This document shows positions 28,309 through 38,201 of a stretch of 64,000 bases of DNA, one piece after another. Location of the stretch: positions 3,532-67,531 of the forward strand of contig CAMAVD010000004.1 of the NCBI GenBank assembly GCA_945861575.1. Direction: 5' to 3'. A program made the position numbers and the translations under genes. This DNA comes from Akkermansia muciniphila (GTDB lineage Bacteria > Verrucomicrobiota > Verrucomicrobiia > Limisphaerales > UBA11320). The notes under the pieces were generated by a model that had not been told where the DNA came from, did not search any database, and saw only the letters and a list, made by a program, of their open reading frames with translations. Numbering within the stretch: position 1 is the first letter of the stretch; every line of letters starts with the position of its first letter.

Positions 28309-29156
28309 GCCGTCTTCCGTTCGTGTGCCACAATGGCCTCCGCCGTCCGCAAGGCCTGACGGGTGGCGGCCACGTCATGGGTGCGCACAATCTGAGCACC
28401 GTTCAAGCAGCTCCACACCGCACCTGCCAGAGATCCGGGCAGCCGTTCCGACGGCTCCGGCACACCGGCCAGTGCGCCAATGAAGGACTTCCGAGAAAGG
28501 CCCACGAGCACCGGACGCTCCCAATGCCCGAAACGTTTCAGATTCGCGAGCAATTTCAGAGTGTGTTCCACGGTTTTTCCAAAGCCTATCCCCGGGTCCA
28601 GGATGATCGCCTCCGGCCCAAGGCCGCAAGCCGTCATTCGCCTGAGTCGCTCGCCGAAGAATCGATCGATCTCCTCCACCACATCGGCATAGGTGGGCGA
28701 GGACTGCATGGTGGAAGGCTCACCTTGCATGTGCATGGCGACATACCCGGCCCCATACGCCGCTACCAGCCTCCACAAGGATTCGTCGTGTCGCTGCGCA
28801 GCGACATCATTGACCAGACTGGCGCCTGCCTGAAGGGCCGCCTCGGCGACGGTCAGCTTCATGGTGTCCACCGAGATGGGGATGGTCAGAATCGACGCCA
28901 GTTGACGGATCACCGGAATGACACGGTTGATCTCTTCGGTTTCAGAAACCGGAAGGGCACCCGGGCGTGTGGATTCGCCTCCGATGTCGAGAATATCCGC
29001 GCCTTCAGCTGCCAGTCGGATCCCATGTTCCACAGCTGCGCACGAGGCATAGTGCTGACCTCCATCTGAAAACGAGTCCGGAGTCACGTTCAAGACACCC
29101 ATGATGAGCGCAGGACGCGGGAAACGGATTTCAAACTGGCGGGCTCGAAGCAGCAT
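28305..29156 (-). CDS. folP: Dihydropteroate synthase
   Basis: MGVLNVTPDSFSDGG, DIGGESTRPG, DPGIGFGK, SRKSF. Confidence 0.97.
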   Translation of the reverse strand: MLLRARQFEIRFPRPALIMGVLNVTPDSFSDGGQHYASCAAVEHGIRLAAEGADILDIGGESTRPGALPVSETEEINRVIPVIRQLASILTIPISVDTMKLTVAEAALQAGASLVNDVAAQRHDESLWRLVAAYGAGYVAMHMQGEPSTMQSSPTYADVVEEIDRFFGERLRRMTACGLGPEAIILDPGIGFGKTVEHTLKLLANLKRFGHWERPVLVGLSRKSFIGALAGVPEPSERLPGSLAGAVWSCLNGAQIVRTHDVAATRQALRTAEAIVAHERKTA

Positions 29157-29255
29157 TCAATGCGGACCGGAAGCCGCCCTCCGGCCTCGGCAACTTAGAC
29201 CCCTGAGGTGCGCGGCGCAAGTGTTGGCTGCCCCGGAAGTCTATCACGATCCGAT

Positions 29256-30155
29256 CTAAGGCGTTCCCAATGACCGACCGGTGAGACGTTCGAAGGCTTC
29301 GAGGTACTTGGCTTGGGTTTTGGTGACCACGTCCGCTGGAAGTGCCGGAGCGGGGGGGGTCTTGTCCCACGCGAGTGTTTCGAGATAGTCCCTCACGAAC
29401 TGTTTGTCGAAGCTGGCCTGGCCCCGCCCCGGCTGATACTGATCGGCGGGCCAGAAACGGGACGAATCGGGCGTGAGCACCTCGTCGATCAGGATCAGTT
29501 TTCCCTCGAACATGCCAAATTCGAACTTTGTGTCGGCGATGACGATGCCGCGGGCGCGGGCATAGTCTCGGGCGCTCTGATAGAGGAAGAGGCTTGCCTT
29601 CCGGGCTTCTTCGACGATCTCAGACCCGACGATACGCGCTGCCTCTTCGAGCGAGATATTCTCATCGTGTCCGCTTTCAGCCTTGGTGGCCGGAGTGAAG
29701 AGGGGCTCCGGCAGCTCGGCACACTCGGAGAGACCCGCAGGCAAGGAGAGTCCGCAGACCGTTTGGGACTGACGATACTCTTTCCAGCCCGAGCCGGCCA
29801 GGTAGCCCCGCACGACACATTCGATGGCCAGTGGGGTTGCCTTTTTCACCACCATGCAGCGGCGTTGAAGCCAGGCTTGAAATGGTTGCAGTATGGGAGG
29901 TAGGGGGTCGTTGGGGCCTGCGAGCCGATGATTCGGAATGGCGGAGGCGAAGCGATCGAACCAAAAATGGGAAATTTGTGTGAGAACCTCGCCCTTTTGA
30001 GGGATGCCATTCGGCAGGATGCAATCGAAGGCCGAGACCCGGTCTGTGGCCACCAGTAGCAGGCAATCGCCGAGGTCAAAGATCTCGCGCACTTTGCCGC
30101 TTTTCAACTTTCTGACCCCAGGCAGTTCGACCTGGAGCAATGGCTCACTCGTCAT
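29256..30155 (-). CDS. purC: SAICAR synthase
   Basis: SGKVREI, TDRVSAFD, ECVVRGYL, ADTKFEFG, DEVLTPDSSRFW. Confidence 0.97.
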   Translation of the reverse strand: MTSEPLLQVELPGVRKLKSGKVREIFDLGDCLLLVATDRVSAFDCILPNGIPQKGEVLTQISHFWFDRFASAIPNHRLAGPNDPLPPILQPFQAWLQRRCMVVKKATPLAIECVVRGYLAGSGWKEYRQSQTVCGLSLPAGLSECAELPEPLFTPATKAESGHDENISLEEAARIVGSEIVEEARKASLFLYQSARDYARARGIVIADTKFEFGMFEGKLILIDEVLTPDSSRFWPADQYQPGRGQASFDKQFVRDYLETLAWDKTPPAPALPADVVTKTQAKYLEAFERLTGRSLGTP

Positions 30156-30293
30156 GGGTCGCAGCATGTGCCCTGGGTCGTTTGAAATCGAGAAACTTTC
30201 GAGAGCACGCGCTGCAAAATCTGATCCCCTGTCAGCTCAAATGACTTGCCTCGCGTCGAGGGAGCCGGTTTCCTAGGGATTCAACAACACCAT

Positions 30294-31439
30294 ATGAAAC
30301 CATTGCGTATAGGACTCATCGGTTACGGCTTCATGGGCCGTGCCCACTCCAATGCATTTCGCAAAGTCGCGAATTTTTTCGACCTCAAGCATCAGCCCAT
30401 TCTGAAGGCCGTCTGCGCCCGTGACGCTGCCAAGGCGAAGGCTTTCGCCTCCAACTGGGGCTACGAAAGCATCGAGACGGACTGGCGGCGACTGATTGAG
30501 CGCGATGACATCGATCTGATCGATATTGCCAGCCCCAACAACACCCACTCCGAGATCGCCATTGCCGCTGCCAAAGCGGGCAAGATGATCCTGTGCGAGA
30601 AGCCCCTCGCCATGAATGGGCCCCAGGGGGAAAAGATGGTGGCCGCGGTCGCCAAGGCGAAGGTCCCCAATATGGTTTGGTACAATTATCGTCGGATGCC
30701 GGCGGTGACCCTGGCCAAGCAGTTGATCGACGAGGGCCGCCTCGGGCGCATTTTCCACTATCGCGCCAAATTCCTCCAGGACTGGACGATTAATCCCGAA
30801 CTGCCCCAAGGCGGTGCCGGGCTCTGGCGTTTGGACATCAAAGTGGCGGGCAGCGGTGTCACCGGGGACCTGCTCGCGCACTGTATTGACACGGCCGTCT
30901 GGTTGAACGGTCCGATCAACAGCGTTACGGCCATGACAGAGACTTTTGTTAAGGAGAGGAAGCACACCCTGACCGGAAAGGTGGAGAAGGTTGGAATCGA
31001 TGATGCCAGTGCCTTCCTTGCACGCTTCAGCAACGGCTCTCTGGCCACCTTTGAGTCCACACGCTACGCCCGTGGACACAAGGCCCTCTACACCTTTGAG
31101 ATCAACGGGGAACATGCTTCGATCTCCTGGGATCTGCACGATCTGCATCGTCTGCAATACTTCGAGCACAAGGACGAGGGTCGTGTGCGCGGGTGGCGCA
31201 ATATCCATGTGACCGACCCCGACCAGCCCTACATGAAGAACTGGTGGGTCCCCGGACTGGCCATCGGTTACGAGCACAGTTTCATCCATCAGGTGGCGGA
31301 TTTCATTCAGGGTCTCGATACCGGCAAGCTCGTCGGGCCGACCTTCAGGGATGCACTGGAGACCGAATACGTCACCGACGCCGTCCTTAAGTCTGCCCGC
31401 ACCCGGCGCTGGGAGACTGTGAAGAAGCTGAAGAAGTAA
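30294..31439 (+). CDS. Gfo/Idh/MocA oxidoreductase (cytoplasmic)
   Basis: [30 protein letters not shown]. Confidence 0.93.
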   Translation: MKPLRIGLIGYGFMGRAHSNAFRKVANFFDLKHQPILKAVCARDAAKAKAFASNWGYESIETDWRRLIERDDIDLIDIASPNNTHSEIAIAAAKAGKMILCEKPLAMNGPQGEKMVAAVAKAKVPNMVWYNYRRMPAVTLAKQLIDEGRLGRIFHYRAKFLQDWTINPELPQGGAGLWRLDIKVAGSGVTGDLLAHCIDTAVWLNGPINSVTAMTETFVKERKHTLTGKVEKVGIDDASAFLARFSNGSLATFESTRYARGHKALYTFEINGEHASISWDLHDLHRLQYFEHKDEGRVRGWRNIHVTDPDQPYMKNWWVPGLAIGYEHSFIHQVADFIQGLDTGKLVGPTFRDALETEYVTDAVLKSARTRRWETVKKLKK

Positions 31440-31495
31440 GCCGCTAAGTCTTTGCGAGGAGGCGTGGCAGAGGCAGCCTCCCCAGCGCCTTCTGT

Positions 31496-31526
31496 GAGCC
31501 CGGGAGAAGCCTCCCGGGCTCTTTTT
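31496..31526 (+). terminator. Rho-independent terminator
   Basis: Perfect 11-bp stem GAGCCCGGGAG-aagc-CTCCCGGGCTC followed by TTTTT. Confidence 0.85.
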
Positions 31527-31547
31527 CATGGCCAGCTTGCCCGCTCC

Positions 31548-31556
31548 TGTTAGTCT
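31548..31556 (+). promoter_or_regulatory. Extended -10 promoter, putative leaderless coaD transcript
   Basis: TGT-TAGTCT ending 6 nt before the coaD ATG. Confidence 0.55.
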
Positions 31557-31562
31557 CGGTTC

Positions 31563-32054
31563 ATGCGGACCGTGATCTATCCTGGAACCTTTGATCCCTT
31601 GACGAACGGACACCTGGACTTGATCCATCGTGCTTCCAGACTGTTTGATCGAGTCATCGTGGGAGTGGCAGCCAACAAGGCGAAAGGGCCTATTTTCAGT
31701 CCTGAAGAGCGGATGTCTCTGGTGGTAGACAGCTTGGCGGCGCTTTCTTTGTCGAATGTTGAGGTGGAAACCTTCACCGGACTTCTTGTCGATTACGTGC
31801 AGAAGCGCTCAGGCCATGCTATTATTCGAGGGTTGCGGGCCGTTTCCGATTTTGAGTTCGAGTTCCAGCTGGCCCTGATGAACCGTAAGCTCAATGAGCA
31901 TGTGGAAACCATCTTCATGATGCCGAAGGAATCGTTTACCTTCCTCAGTTCCCGGCTGGTGAAGGAGATCGCCCAGTTGGGAGGTGACGTCTCGAAGTTC
32001 GTGCCTCCAGTCGTCGTGGTAGCGCTCAAAAATAAGTTTTCGCAACCGTTGTAA
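31563..32054 (+). CDS. coaD: Phosphopantetheine adenylyltransferase
   Basis: YPGTFDPLTNGH, RGLRAVSDFEFE, SSRLVKE. Confidence 0.97.
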   Translation: MRTVIYPGTFDPLTNGHLDLIHRASRLFDRVIVGVAANKAKGPIFSPEERMSLVVDSLAALSLSNVEVETFTGLLVDYVQKRSGHAIIRGLRAVSDFEFEFQLALMNRKLNEHVETIFMMPKESFTFLSSRLVKEIAQLGGDVSKFVPPVVVVALKNKFSQPL

Positions 32055-32077
32055 GCGGTTACTATATAACCATTTAT

Positions 32078-32581
32078 ATGGACTCAAAACCTTTGGTTGT
32101 TTTTCTTAGCCAGCTCGAACGAGGCGCGGTCTTTCTGAAGGGGTCGATCTCGATTGAAGACCTGGGGCTGGAGGTCAATGACGAGCTGATGCACTTCAAC
32201 CGTGCGCTCGACTATGATTTGGAAGTGGAGGTTATTGGGGAGGGGATTCTAGCGAAAGGGGGGGTGCGCATCGTGGTGGATTGCGACTGTTCCCGTTGTT
32301 TGAAACCCTTTGAGTATGCCTTGGTTTTTGAGGATTGGGCCTGTCATCTGGCGTTGGAGGGGGAGGAAAAGGTGGTCATCGATGGTGACTCCGTGGACTT
32401 GACGCCTCAGATTCGGGAAGATATCGTGCTTGCGCTTCCTCAACATCCGTTGTGTGATTCCAACTGCAACGGACTCCCCGGTGCTGTGAAGAGTGATGAG
32501 GGGAAGCCGTCTGCAACCCCGTCGGGTGGCCCCAAGCCGAACTCGGTGTGGGATAAACTGGATAAACTGAAATTAAGTTAG
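32078..32581 (+). CDS. yceD: YceD/DUF177 family protein
   Basis: CSRCL, DLTPQIREDIVLALP..PLC...C.G, WDKLDKL; directly upstream of rpmF. Confidence 0.9.
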   Translation: MDSKPLVVFLSQLERGAVFLKGSISIEDLGLEVNDELMHFNRALDYDLEVEVIGEGILAKGGVRIVVDCDCSRCLKPFEYALVFEDWACHLALEGEEKVVIDGDSVDLTPQIREDIVLALPQHPLCDSNCNGLPGAVKSDEGKPSATPSGGPKPNSVWDKLDKLKLS

Positions 32582-32585
32582 CAAT

Positions 32586-32774
32586 ATGGGTGTCCCGAAG
32601 AGAAAACCATCGAAGAGCCGCATGCGGATGCGGCGTGCGTATAATAGCGTGCTGAAGTTGCCCCAGATTGGTGTTTGCCCGCACTGCGCGGCTTCCTATC
32701 GCCCCCATCGGGTCTGCCCTTCCTGCGGCTTCTACAAGGAGCGCCAGGTGATCTCGATCAAGGCCAAAGCCTGA
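32586..32774 (+). CDS. rpmF: 50S ribosomal protein bL32 (Zn-ribbon form)
   Basis: MGVPKRKPSKSR...CPHC...PHRVCPSCGFY. Confidence 0.96.
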   Translation: MGVPKRKPSKSRMRMRRAYNSVLKLPQIGVCPHCAASYRPHRVCPSCGFYKERQVISIKAKA

Positions 32775-32783
32775 TTTTCCCGC

Positions 32784-32817
32784 CGAGCGCAGCGGCCTTG
32801 ACGGTTCGCTGCGCTCG
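32784..32817 (+). other. Intergenic hairpin between rpmF and plsX
   Basis: CGAGCGCAGCG...CGCTGCGCTCG perfect 11-bp arms; weak U-tail; possible partial terminator or stabiliser. Confidence 0.55.
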
Positions 32818-32825
32818 TTCCATTT

Positions 32826-33848
32826 ATGCGCATCGTGGTCGATGTGATGGGCGGTGATCAGGGGCCGGCCGTCGTGATCGAAGGTGCTCTTAAGGCGCTG
32901 GAGATGCCGGGGAACGAGCGTATCGAGAAGCTCTATCTGGCAGGCCAACGGTCTGCAATTGAGCCTATACTCGAGCGCCTTCGTGTGTCTTTGTCGCGAG
33001 TGGAGGTCTTGCATGCCAGCGAGGTGCTGACCATGGAGGACAAAGCCACGGACGCGTTGCGCAAGAAGAAGGACTGTTCCATGGTCCGCGCGATTGAATT
33101 GGTCAAGGAGGGCGAGGCTCAAGCCTTGATTTCCCCTGGAAACACTGGCGGGTTGGTGGCTACCTCGACGATTCGACTGCGCTTGCTCGAAGGGGTGGAG
33201 CGTCCAGCGATTGCCACAGTGCTGCCTACCACGGATTCCGAGTTCGTCTTGTTGGACGCGGGTGCTAATCCAGAGGTCAAGCCGCTGCATCTATTGCAGT
33301 TCGCGATCATGGGTGAATGCTATGCGCGCGACCTTCTGGGCAAGTCCAATCCCCGCGTGGGCCTCCTGAGCAATGGCACCGAGGAGATGAAGGGCAACGA
33401 CGTCACACGCGAGGCCCTCAAGCTGTGCCGGAAAGCTGGATTCAATTTCCTAGGCTACGTTGAGGGCCACGATCTATTCGCAGACCGAGTGGACGTGGTG
33501 GTTGCGGATGGATTCGTGGGCAATATCGTGCTGAAGACCATTGAGAGCATGGGTAAGTGCGTGCAGACCATCCTGCGCCGGGAGTTTAAGAAAAATCCGT
33601 TGCGGATTCTGGGAGCGTCCATAGCCTACGGTGGTTTCCGGGATATCAAGCGACGCATGAACCCTGACAGCTATGGCGGTGCCCCGTTGCTTGGAATCAA
33701 TGGCACCGTCATCAAGGTGCACGGATCGGCGAAGGCGGGGATGATAACGAACGCTGTCGCCCAGACAGCTACCGCTTTTGATCATCATTTGAATGACCAC
33801 ATCCAACAAGCCATCCTACGCGCTGGTGAATGGCTTCCGGCCGCCTGA
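32826..33848 (+). CDS. plsX: Phosphate acyltransferase
   Basis: VDVMGGD, SPGNTG, LLDAGAN, DGFVGN, YGGAPLLG, KVHGS. Confidence 0.96.
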   Translation: MRIVVDVMGGDQGPAVVIEGALKALEMPGNERIEKLYLAGQRSAIEPILERLRVSLSRVEVLHASEVLTMEDKATDALRKKKDCSMVRAIELVKEGEAQALISPGNTGGLVATSTIRLRLLEGVERPAIATVLPTTDSEFVLLDAGANPEVKPLHLLQFAIMGECYARDLLGKSNPRVGLLSNGTEEMKGNDVTREALKLCRKAGFNFLGYVEGHDLFADRVDVVVADGFVGNIVLKTIESMGKCVQTILRREFKKNPLRILGASIAYGGFRDIKRRMNPDSYGGAPLLGINGTVIKVHGSAKAGMITNAVAQTATAFDHHLNDHIQQAILRAGEWLPAA

Positions 33849-33916
33849 GGCCTGTCTCTCTATCTGATGCATCTCATCCTGGCATCCAACCCGTCCTTTA
33901 AGGCCACCAAGGCGAC

Positions 33917-34945
33917 ATGACGTCCAAACGATTTAAGAACCCGCGTGCTGAGCACGGCTATCAGGGCCGTCCCTGCTCGATCCTCAGCGTGGGCTCCTAT
34001 GTTCCTGAGCGGATAATGACTAACGCCGAGTTGGAGAAGTTGGTGGATACCTCGGACGATTGGATCACGACTCGCACCGGTATCAAGGAGCGCCGGATCG
34101 CTGCGGATAACGAATTCACCTCGGACATGGCGGCTATGGCAGCGCGTCGGGCCATGGACGCGGGCAAGATCACGGCTGACCAAATCGATCTGATAATCGT
34201 GGCCACGATCACGCCTGACATGCTGTTCCCGTCGACGGCCTGTTTGGTGCAGCATAAGATAGGGGCGCGGCGGGCCGCGGCCTTCGATGTCGAAGCAGCC
34301 TGTTCGGGCTTCATATACGCCCTGGAGATCGGTCAGCAGTTCATCACGTCGCGTACCTACGACACGGTTTTGATCATTGGGGCTGAGAAGCTGTCTTCAA
34401 TCGTCGACTGGAAAGACCGCAACACCTGCGTCCTCTTTGGTGACGGTGCTGGCGCTGCTATCCTGCAAAGTCTTCCCAACTCCCATGGTCTTCTCACGGC
34501 GTGCATGGGGGCCGACGGCGAGAAGTCAGAGCTGCTCTACATGCCTGGCGGCGGAAGCATGTGCCCGGCGAGTGCCAACTCGGTGGCGGCCGGTTTGCAC
34601 TTCTTGCGCATGGATGGGAAGGAAACCTTTAAGAACGCCGTTAATGCCATGTACACGGCGGCGCTGGAGGCGCTCCGGCGCTGTGAGCTTAAGATCAGCC
34701 AGATCAAGTGTGTGATTCCGCACCAGGCGAACCGCCGGATTTTGGAGGCGGTAGGGGAGCGCTTGGGGGTGACCAAGGACCAGGTCTTTGTCAACTTGGA
34801 CCGTTATGGCAACACCTCGGCTGCCTCGGTGGCGATTGCTTTGGACGAAGCGGTGAGCACAGGTGTGGTCAAGCGGGGTGACCTCGTCCTGTTGGTGGTT
34901 TTCGGGGCCGGCCTGACCTGGGCAGCAGCTGTCATAGAATGGTGA
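33917..34945 (+). CDS. fabH: 3-oxoacyl-ACP synthase III
   Basis: AACSGF, FGDGAGA, PHQAN, GNTSAAS catalytic triad motifs. Confidence 0.97.
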   Translation: MTSKRFKNPRAEHGYQGRPCSILSVGSYVPERIMTNAELEKLVDTSDDWITTRTGIKERRIAADNEFTSDMAAMAARRAMDAGKITADQIDLIIVATITPDMLFPSTACLVQHKIGARRAAAFDVEAACSGFIYALEIGQQFITSRTYDTVLIIGAEKLSSIVDWKDRNTCVLFGDGAGAAILQSLPNSHGLLTACMGADGEKSELLYMPGGGSMCPASANSVAAGLHFLRMDGKETFKNAVNAMYTAALEALRRCELKISQIKCVIPHQANRRILEAVGERLGVTKDQVFVNLDRYGNTSAASVAIALDEAVSTGVVKRGDLVLLVVFGAGLTWAAAVIEW

Positions 34946-34976
34946 TCAAACCCGCACGATAACCGAGGGCATTTCC

Positions 34977-35366
34977 ATGAGCTGGATCGATTCGCTGAAG
35001 TTTAACTCCGATGGCCTTATCCCGGCGATCGTACAGGAGCAGGGCAGTGGCCGCGTGCTCATGATGGCCTGGATGAATCGTGCCTCGCTTGAAAGCACAC
35101 TCGCTACCGGCAAAACGCATTTTTGGAGTCGTTCGCGCAAGAAGTTTTGGATGAAGGGCGAGTCCAGTGGGCACACCCAGGAGGTTAAGGATGTCTCCTT
35201 CGACTGTGACGGCGACACCTTGTTGTTTCAGGTTGAGCAGAAGGGGGCCGCTTGTCACGAGGGCTACAAGTCCTGCTTCTTCAGGTCGGCTGGGGCGCTC
35301 GGTAAAGTGGTCAGCGTTATCGAACCGCAGCTCCAGACCCCGGACGAGATCTACGGGAAAAAGTGA
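34977..35366 (+). CDS. hisI: Phosphoribosyl-AMP cyclohydrolase
   Basis: [30 protein letters not shown]. Confidence 0.96.
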   Translation: MSWIDSLKFNSDGLIPAIVQEQGSGRVLMMAWMNRASLESTLATGKTHFWSRSRKKFWMKGESSGHTQEVKDVSFDCDGDTLLFQVEQKGAACHEGYKSCFFRSAGALGKVVSVIEPQLQTPDEIYGKK

Positions 35367-35902
35367 TGGGCGATTCTCTGCCTTTTGGGCAAGCCGCTTG
35401 GTGGCTGTGCTTCTCTGCGCTCTTTATGGCGAGGGGGGCAGATCTTTTCAGCACCTGGGTGGCAACCCCAAACCTCCTGCTCGAAGCGAATCCCTTGGCG
35501 CGGCGCATGGGCTGGCGTTGGGGTTTACCCATTAACCTTGGGCTCTGTCTGATCTTCGCCTTTTTCCCCCTGCCGGGAATTATCATTGCGACCACCAGTG
35601 CCTTTGTCGCAGCGCGGAACTTCCAGCAGGCTTGGCTGATGCGCTCCTGGGGTGAGGAGCCCTACCGCGCCTGGCATGTGGAACGTCTCCTGCACGCTCC
35701 CGTTGGCCTCGTGGTGGGCTGCCTGGTACTCCAAAACGTGCTTGTCGGATCCATCGGCATCATCTTGGCTTGGTCGGCAGTAGCGGGAAGCAGTATTCTG
35801 CTCGTGCCTTTCGGCATAGGGCTGGGCATCATGACCTACGCAATCACGGTGGTATTCTACACCCTGCTTGCGCTCTGGCGGATCCGAAGATCGCCATTTT
35901 AG
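35363..35902 (+). CDS. Hypothetical integral membrane protein
   Basis: 4-5 hydrophobic segments, D..ST...LEANPL motif; overlaps hisI stop. Confidence 0.75.
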   Translation: MMGDSLPFGQAAWWLCFSALFMARGADLFSTWVATPNLLLEANPLARRMGWRWGLPINLGLCLIFAFFPLPGIIIATTSAFVAARNFQQAWLMRSWGEEPYRAWHVERLLHAPVGLVVGCLVLQNVLVGSIGIILAWSAVAGSSILLVPFGIGLGIMTYAITVVFYTLLALWRIRRSPF

Positions 35903-35910
35903 AAGAAGCT

Positions 35911-37431
35911 ATGTATTCACCGACATTGGATGCTTTTAAGACGCTGGCGGCTCAGGCCAACCTGATTCCAGTCGCTCGCCGCCTGCTCGCGGATTTTGAA
36001 ACGCCCCTTTCTGCCTACGTTAAGATCCGGGGCCAGGGAGAGTCCTTCCTCTTTGAATCGGTGGAAGGAGGGGAGCATCTGGGCCGTTACTCCTTTCTCG
36101 GATGCAATCCCAGGGCGGTCATACGGCAGGAGGGCGGGAAGGTGGAGTTGCTCGAAAATGGCCGAGTGATCGAGTCCTACCGCGTGAGCCGGGACGGCAC
36201 ACCTGGCTCGGTGCAGGATGGCTTGGTGGTGGTGGAGAAGGTTTTGGCGCGCTACCGGCCCGCCCAGCTGCCAGAGCTGCCTCGATTCACGGGAGGAGCC
36301 GTTGGCTTTATTGGCTACGAGTTTATCCATGACGTCGAGCCTGTGGTTCCCAAACCGTTGAAGGATGACCTGCATACCCCGGCGATGTATTTTCTCATTG
36401 CCGACGAACTTCTTGTCTTTGATCGTGTGACCCAGACTATCACCGTGCTGGTGAACGCGGTGGTGGAGCCCGGAGCCTCGCCTGAGGTTGCCTATGAGGA
36501 CGCCATCGCCGAGATCGAGCGCTTGGTTTCTCTCCTGGAGCAGCCCACGGAGGCTGTCCCTCTCACAGTCCCCACCCTGGTCGCGGATCTGCCCTTCAGC
36601 TCCAATCAGACCCCTGCCGTCTTCCACGCCAATGTGCTCAAGGCGAAGGAGTTTATCAACAAGGGCGATATCATCCAGGTGGTGGGCTCTCAGCGATTCT
36701 CGACGCCCACGGCGGTGAGCGCCACCGACCTCTACCGCGCCGCGCGCTTGATCAACCCGTCTCCCTACATGTTTCTCCTGGAGCTCGAAGGCTTCTCGCT
36801 CGTGGGGGCCTCGCCGGAACTTCATGTGCGATGCGAGGATCACAAGGTCGAGATCCGACCCATCGCGGGAACCCGGAGGCGGGGGCGTACGAAAGAAGAG
36901 GACCTGGATCTCGAGAAAGAGCTGCTGGCGGATCCGAAAGAGCGAGCGGAGCATGTGATGCTGGTGGACTTGGCGCGCAATGACATTGGTCGCGTGTGTG
37001 ATTACGGGTCCGTTCATGTGAAGGATCTGATGATCATCGAGCGCTACAGCCACGTGATGCACATTGTGTCGCAGGTGGAAGGTCAACTTTCAGACAACCG
37101 TACGCCCTATGACCTGATGCGAGCCACGTTCCCTGCCGGAACGCTCAGCGGCGCCCCGAAAATTCGAGCCATGCAGATCATCTCCGAGCTGGAGCAAACG
37201 CAGCGGGGACCCTATGGCGGCTGTGTCGGCTATTTTTCGTTCGATGGTAATCTGGACTGCTGCATCACGATTCGCACCGCTTTGTTGAAGGACGGCCAAG
37301 CCCATGTCCAAGCGGGGGGCGGATGGGTCAGCGACTCCACACCCGAGGCGGAGTTTCAGGAGACTGTGAACAAGTCGCGCGCCATGCTGAAGGCTGTGGC
37401 GATGGCTGAAAGCTTCCGCACACAGCGCTGA
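35911..37431 (+). CDS. trpE: Anthranilate synthase component I
   Basis: FLFESVEGG, NPSPYM, PIAGTR, EHVMLVDLARND, GTLSGAPKIRAM. Confidence 0.95.
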   Translation: MYSPTLDAFKTLAAQANLIPVARRLLADFETPLSAYVKIRGQGESFLFESVEGGEHLGRYSFLGCNPRAVIRQEGGKVELLENGRVIESYRVSRDGTPGSVQDGLVVVEKVLARYRPAQLPELPRFTGGAVGFIGYEFIHDVEPVVPKPLKDDLHTPAMYFLIADELLVFDRVTQTITVLVNAVVEPGASPEVAYEDAIAEIERLVSLLEQPTEAVPLTVPTLVADLPFSSNQTPAVFHANVLKAKEFINKGDIIQVVGSQRFSTPTAVSATDLYRAARLINPSPYMFLLELEGFSLVGASPELHVRCEDHKVEIRPIAGTRRRGRTKEEDLDLEKELLADPKERAEHVMLVDLARNDIGRVCDYGSVHVKDLMIIERYSHVMHIVSQVEGQLSDNRTPYDLMRATFPAGTLSGAPKIRAMQIISELEQTQRGPYGGCVGYFSFDGNLDCCITIRTALLKDGQAHVQAGGGWVSDSTPEAEFQETVNKSRAMLKAVAMAESFRTQR

Positions 37432-37576
37432 TCTTTCCACACCCAGCGCCTCATTTGTTGGGTAGAAAAGTGAAGGCGACAGCGCAAGGACTTGGAGGGA
37501 ATCGAGCTCTCTGCCAAGTCCGAAGCGCCAGAATCCTTTTGTGCTTCTGCGGGCGGGAAGCGTATGTTGCTGGCAC

Positions 37577-38194
37577 ATGGACGGCGATGAGGCTCAGATG
37601 ATCGAAGGCTGCCGCGCGGGCGAACCCGCGGCCTGGGAGCTTCTCTTTGAGCGGCACTACCAGCCGTCGGCGCGCTTCGTTTGGCAGCTGAGCAACCTCC
37701 TCAACGCTGAGGACGTCGAGGAGATTTGTCAGGAAACCTTCCTGACCGTAATTCGCAGCCTCGACAGCTTCCAAGGCGGTTCGCGGCTCCAAACCTGGAT
37801 CTTTCGGATCGCGGCGAATAAGGCTCATGACTACGTCGAAAAGGGACGCGCCCAGAAGCGCGGCGGCGGTGAGACCATTCTTTCGTTAAACGCGGACGAT
37901 CCTATAAGCGGGCTCCCTATCGATCCGCCCAGTGGGGCGCGACGGCCGGACGAGTCGGCTGTCAGTCAGGAAATGGGAGGGCTGATCAGCGAGGCGCTGG
38001 GCCGACTTGGCGGTCCCTGTCAGGAGATCATTGAGCTTCGCTACTTCGCCGATCTGAGCTACGACGAGATCTCCACGAGTCTGGATCTCAATCCCAAAAC
38101 CGTCAGTTCCCGGTTGAGCAAGTGTTTGGACAAACTGGAGGAAATGGCACGTCCTCTCATTGCCGGGGAGAACAAAGCGACCGATTCCGTCTAA
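37577..38194 (+). CDS. ECF RNA polymerase sigma factor
   Basis: DVEEICQETF, TWIFRIAAN (region 2); LSYDEIS..L....KTVSSRLS (region 4). Confidence 0.93.
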   Translation: MDGDEAQMIEGCRAGEPAAWELLFERHYQPSARFVWQLSNLLNAEDVEEICQETFLTVIRSLDSFQGGSRLQTWIFRIAANKAHDYVEKGRAQKRGGGETILSLNADDPISGLPIDPPSGARRPDESAVSQEMGGLISEALGRLGGPCQEIIELRYFADLSYDEISTSLDLNPKTVSSRLSKCLDKLEEMARPLIAGENKATDSV

Positions 38195-38201
38195 TAAGCG
38201 A

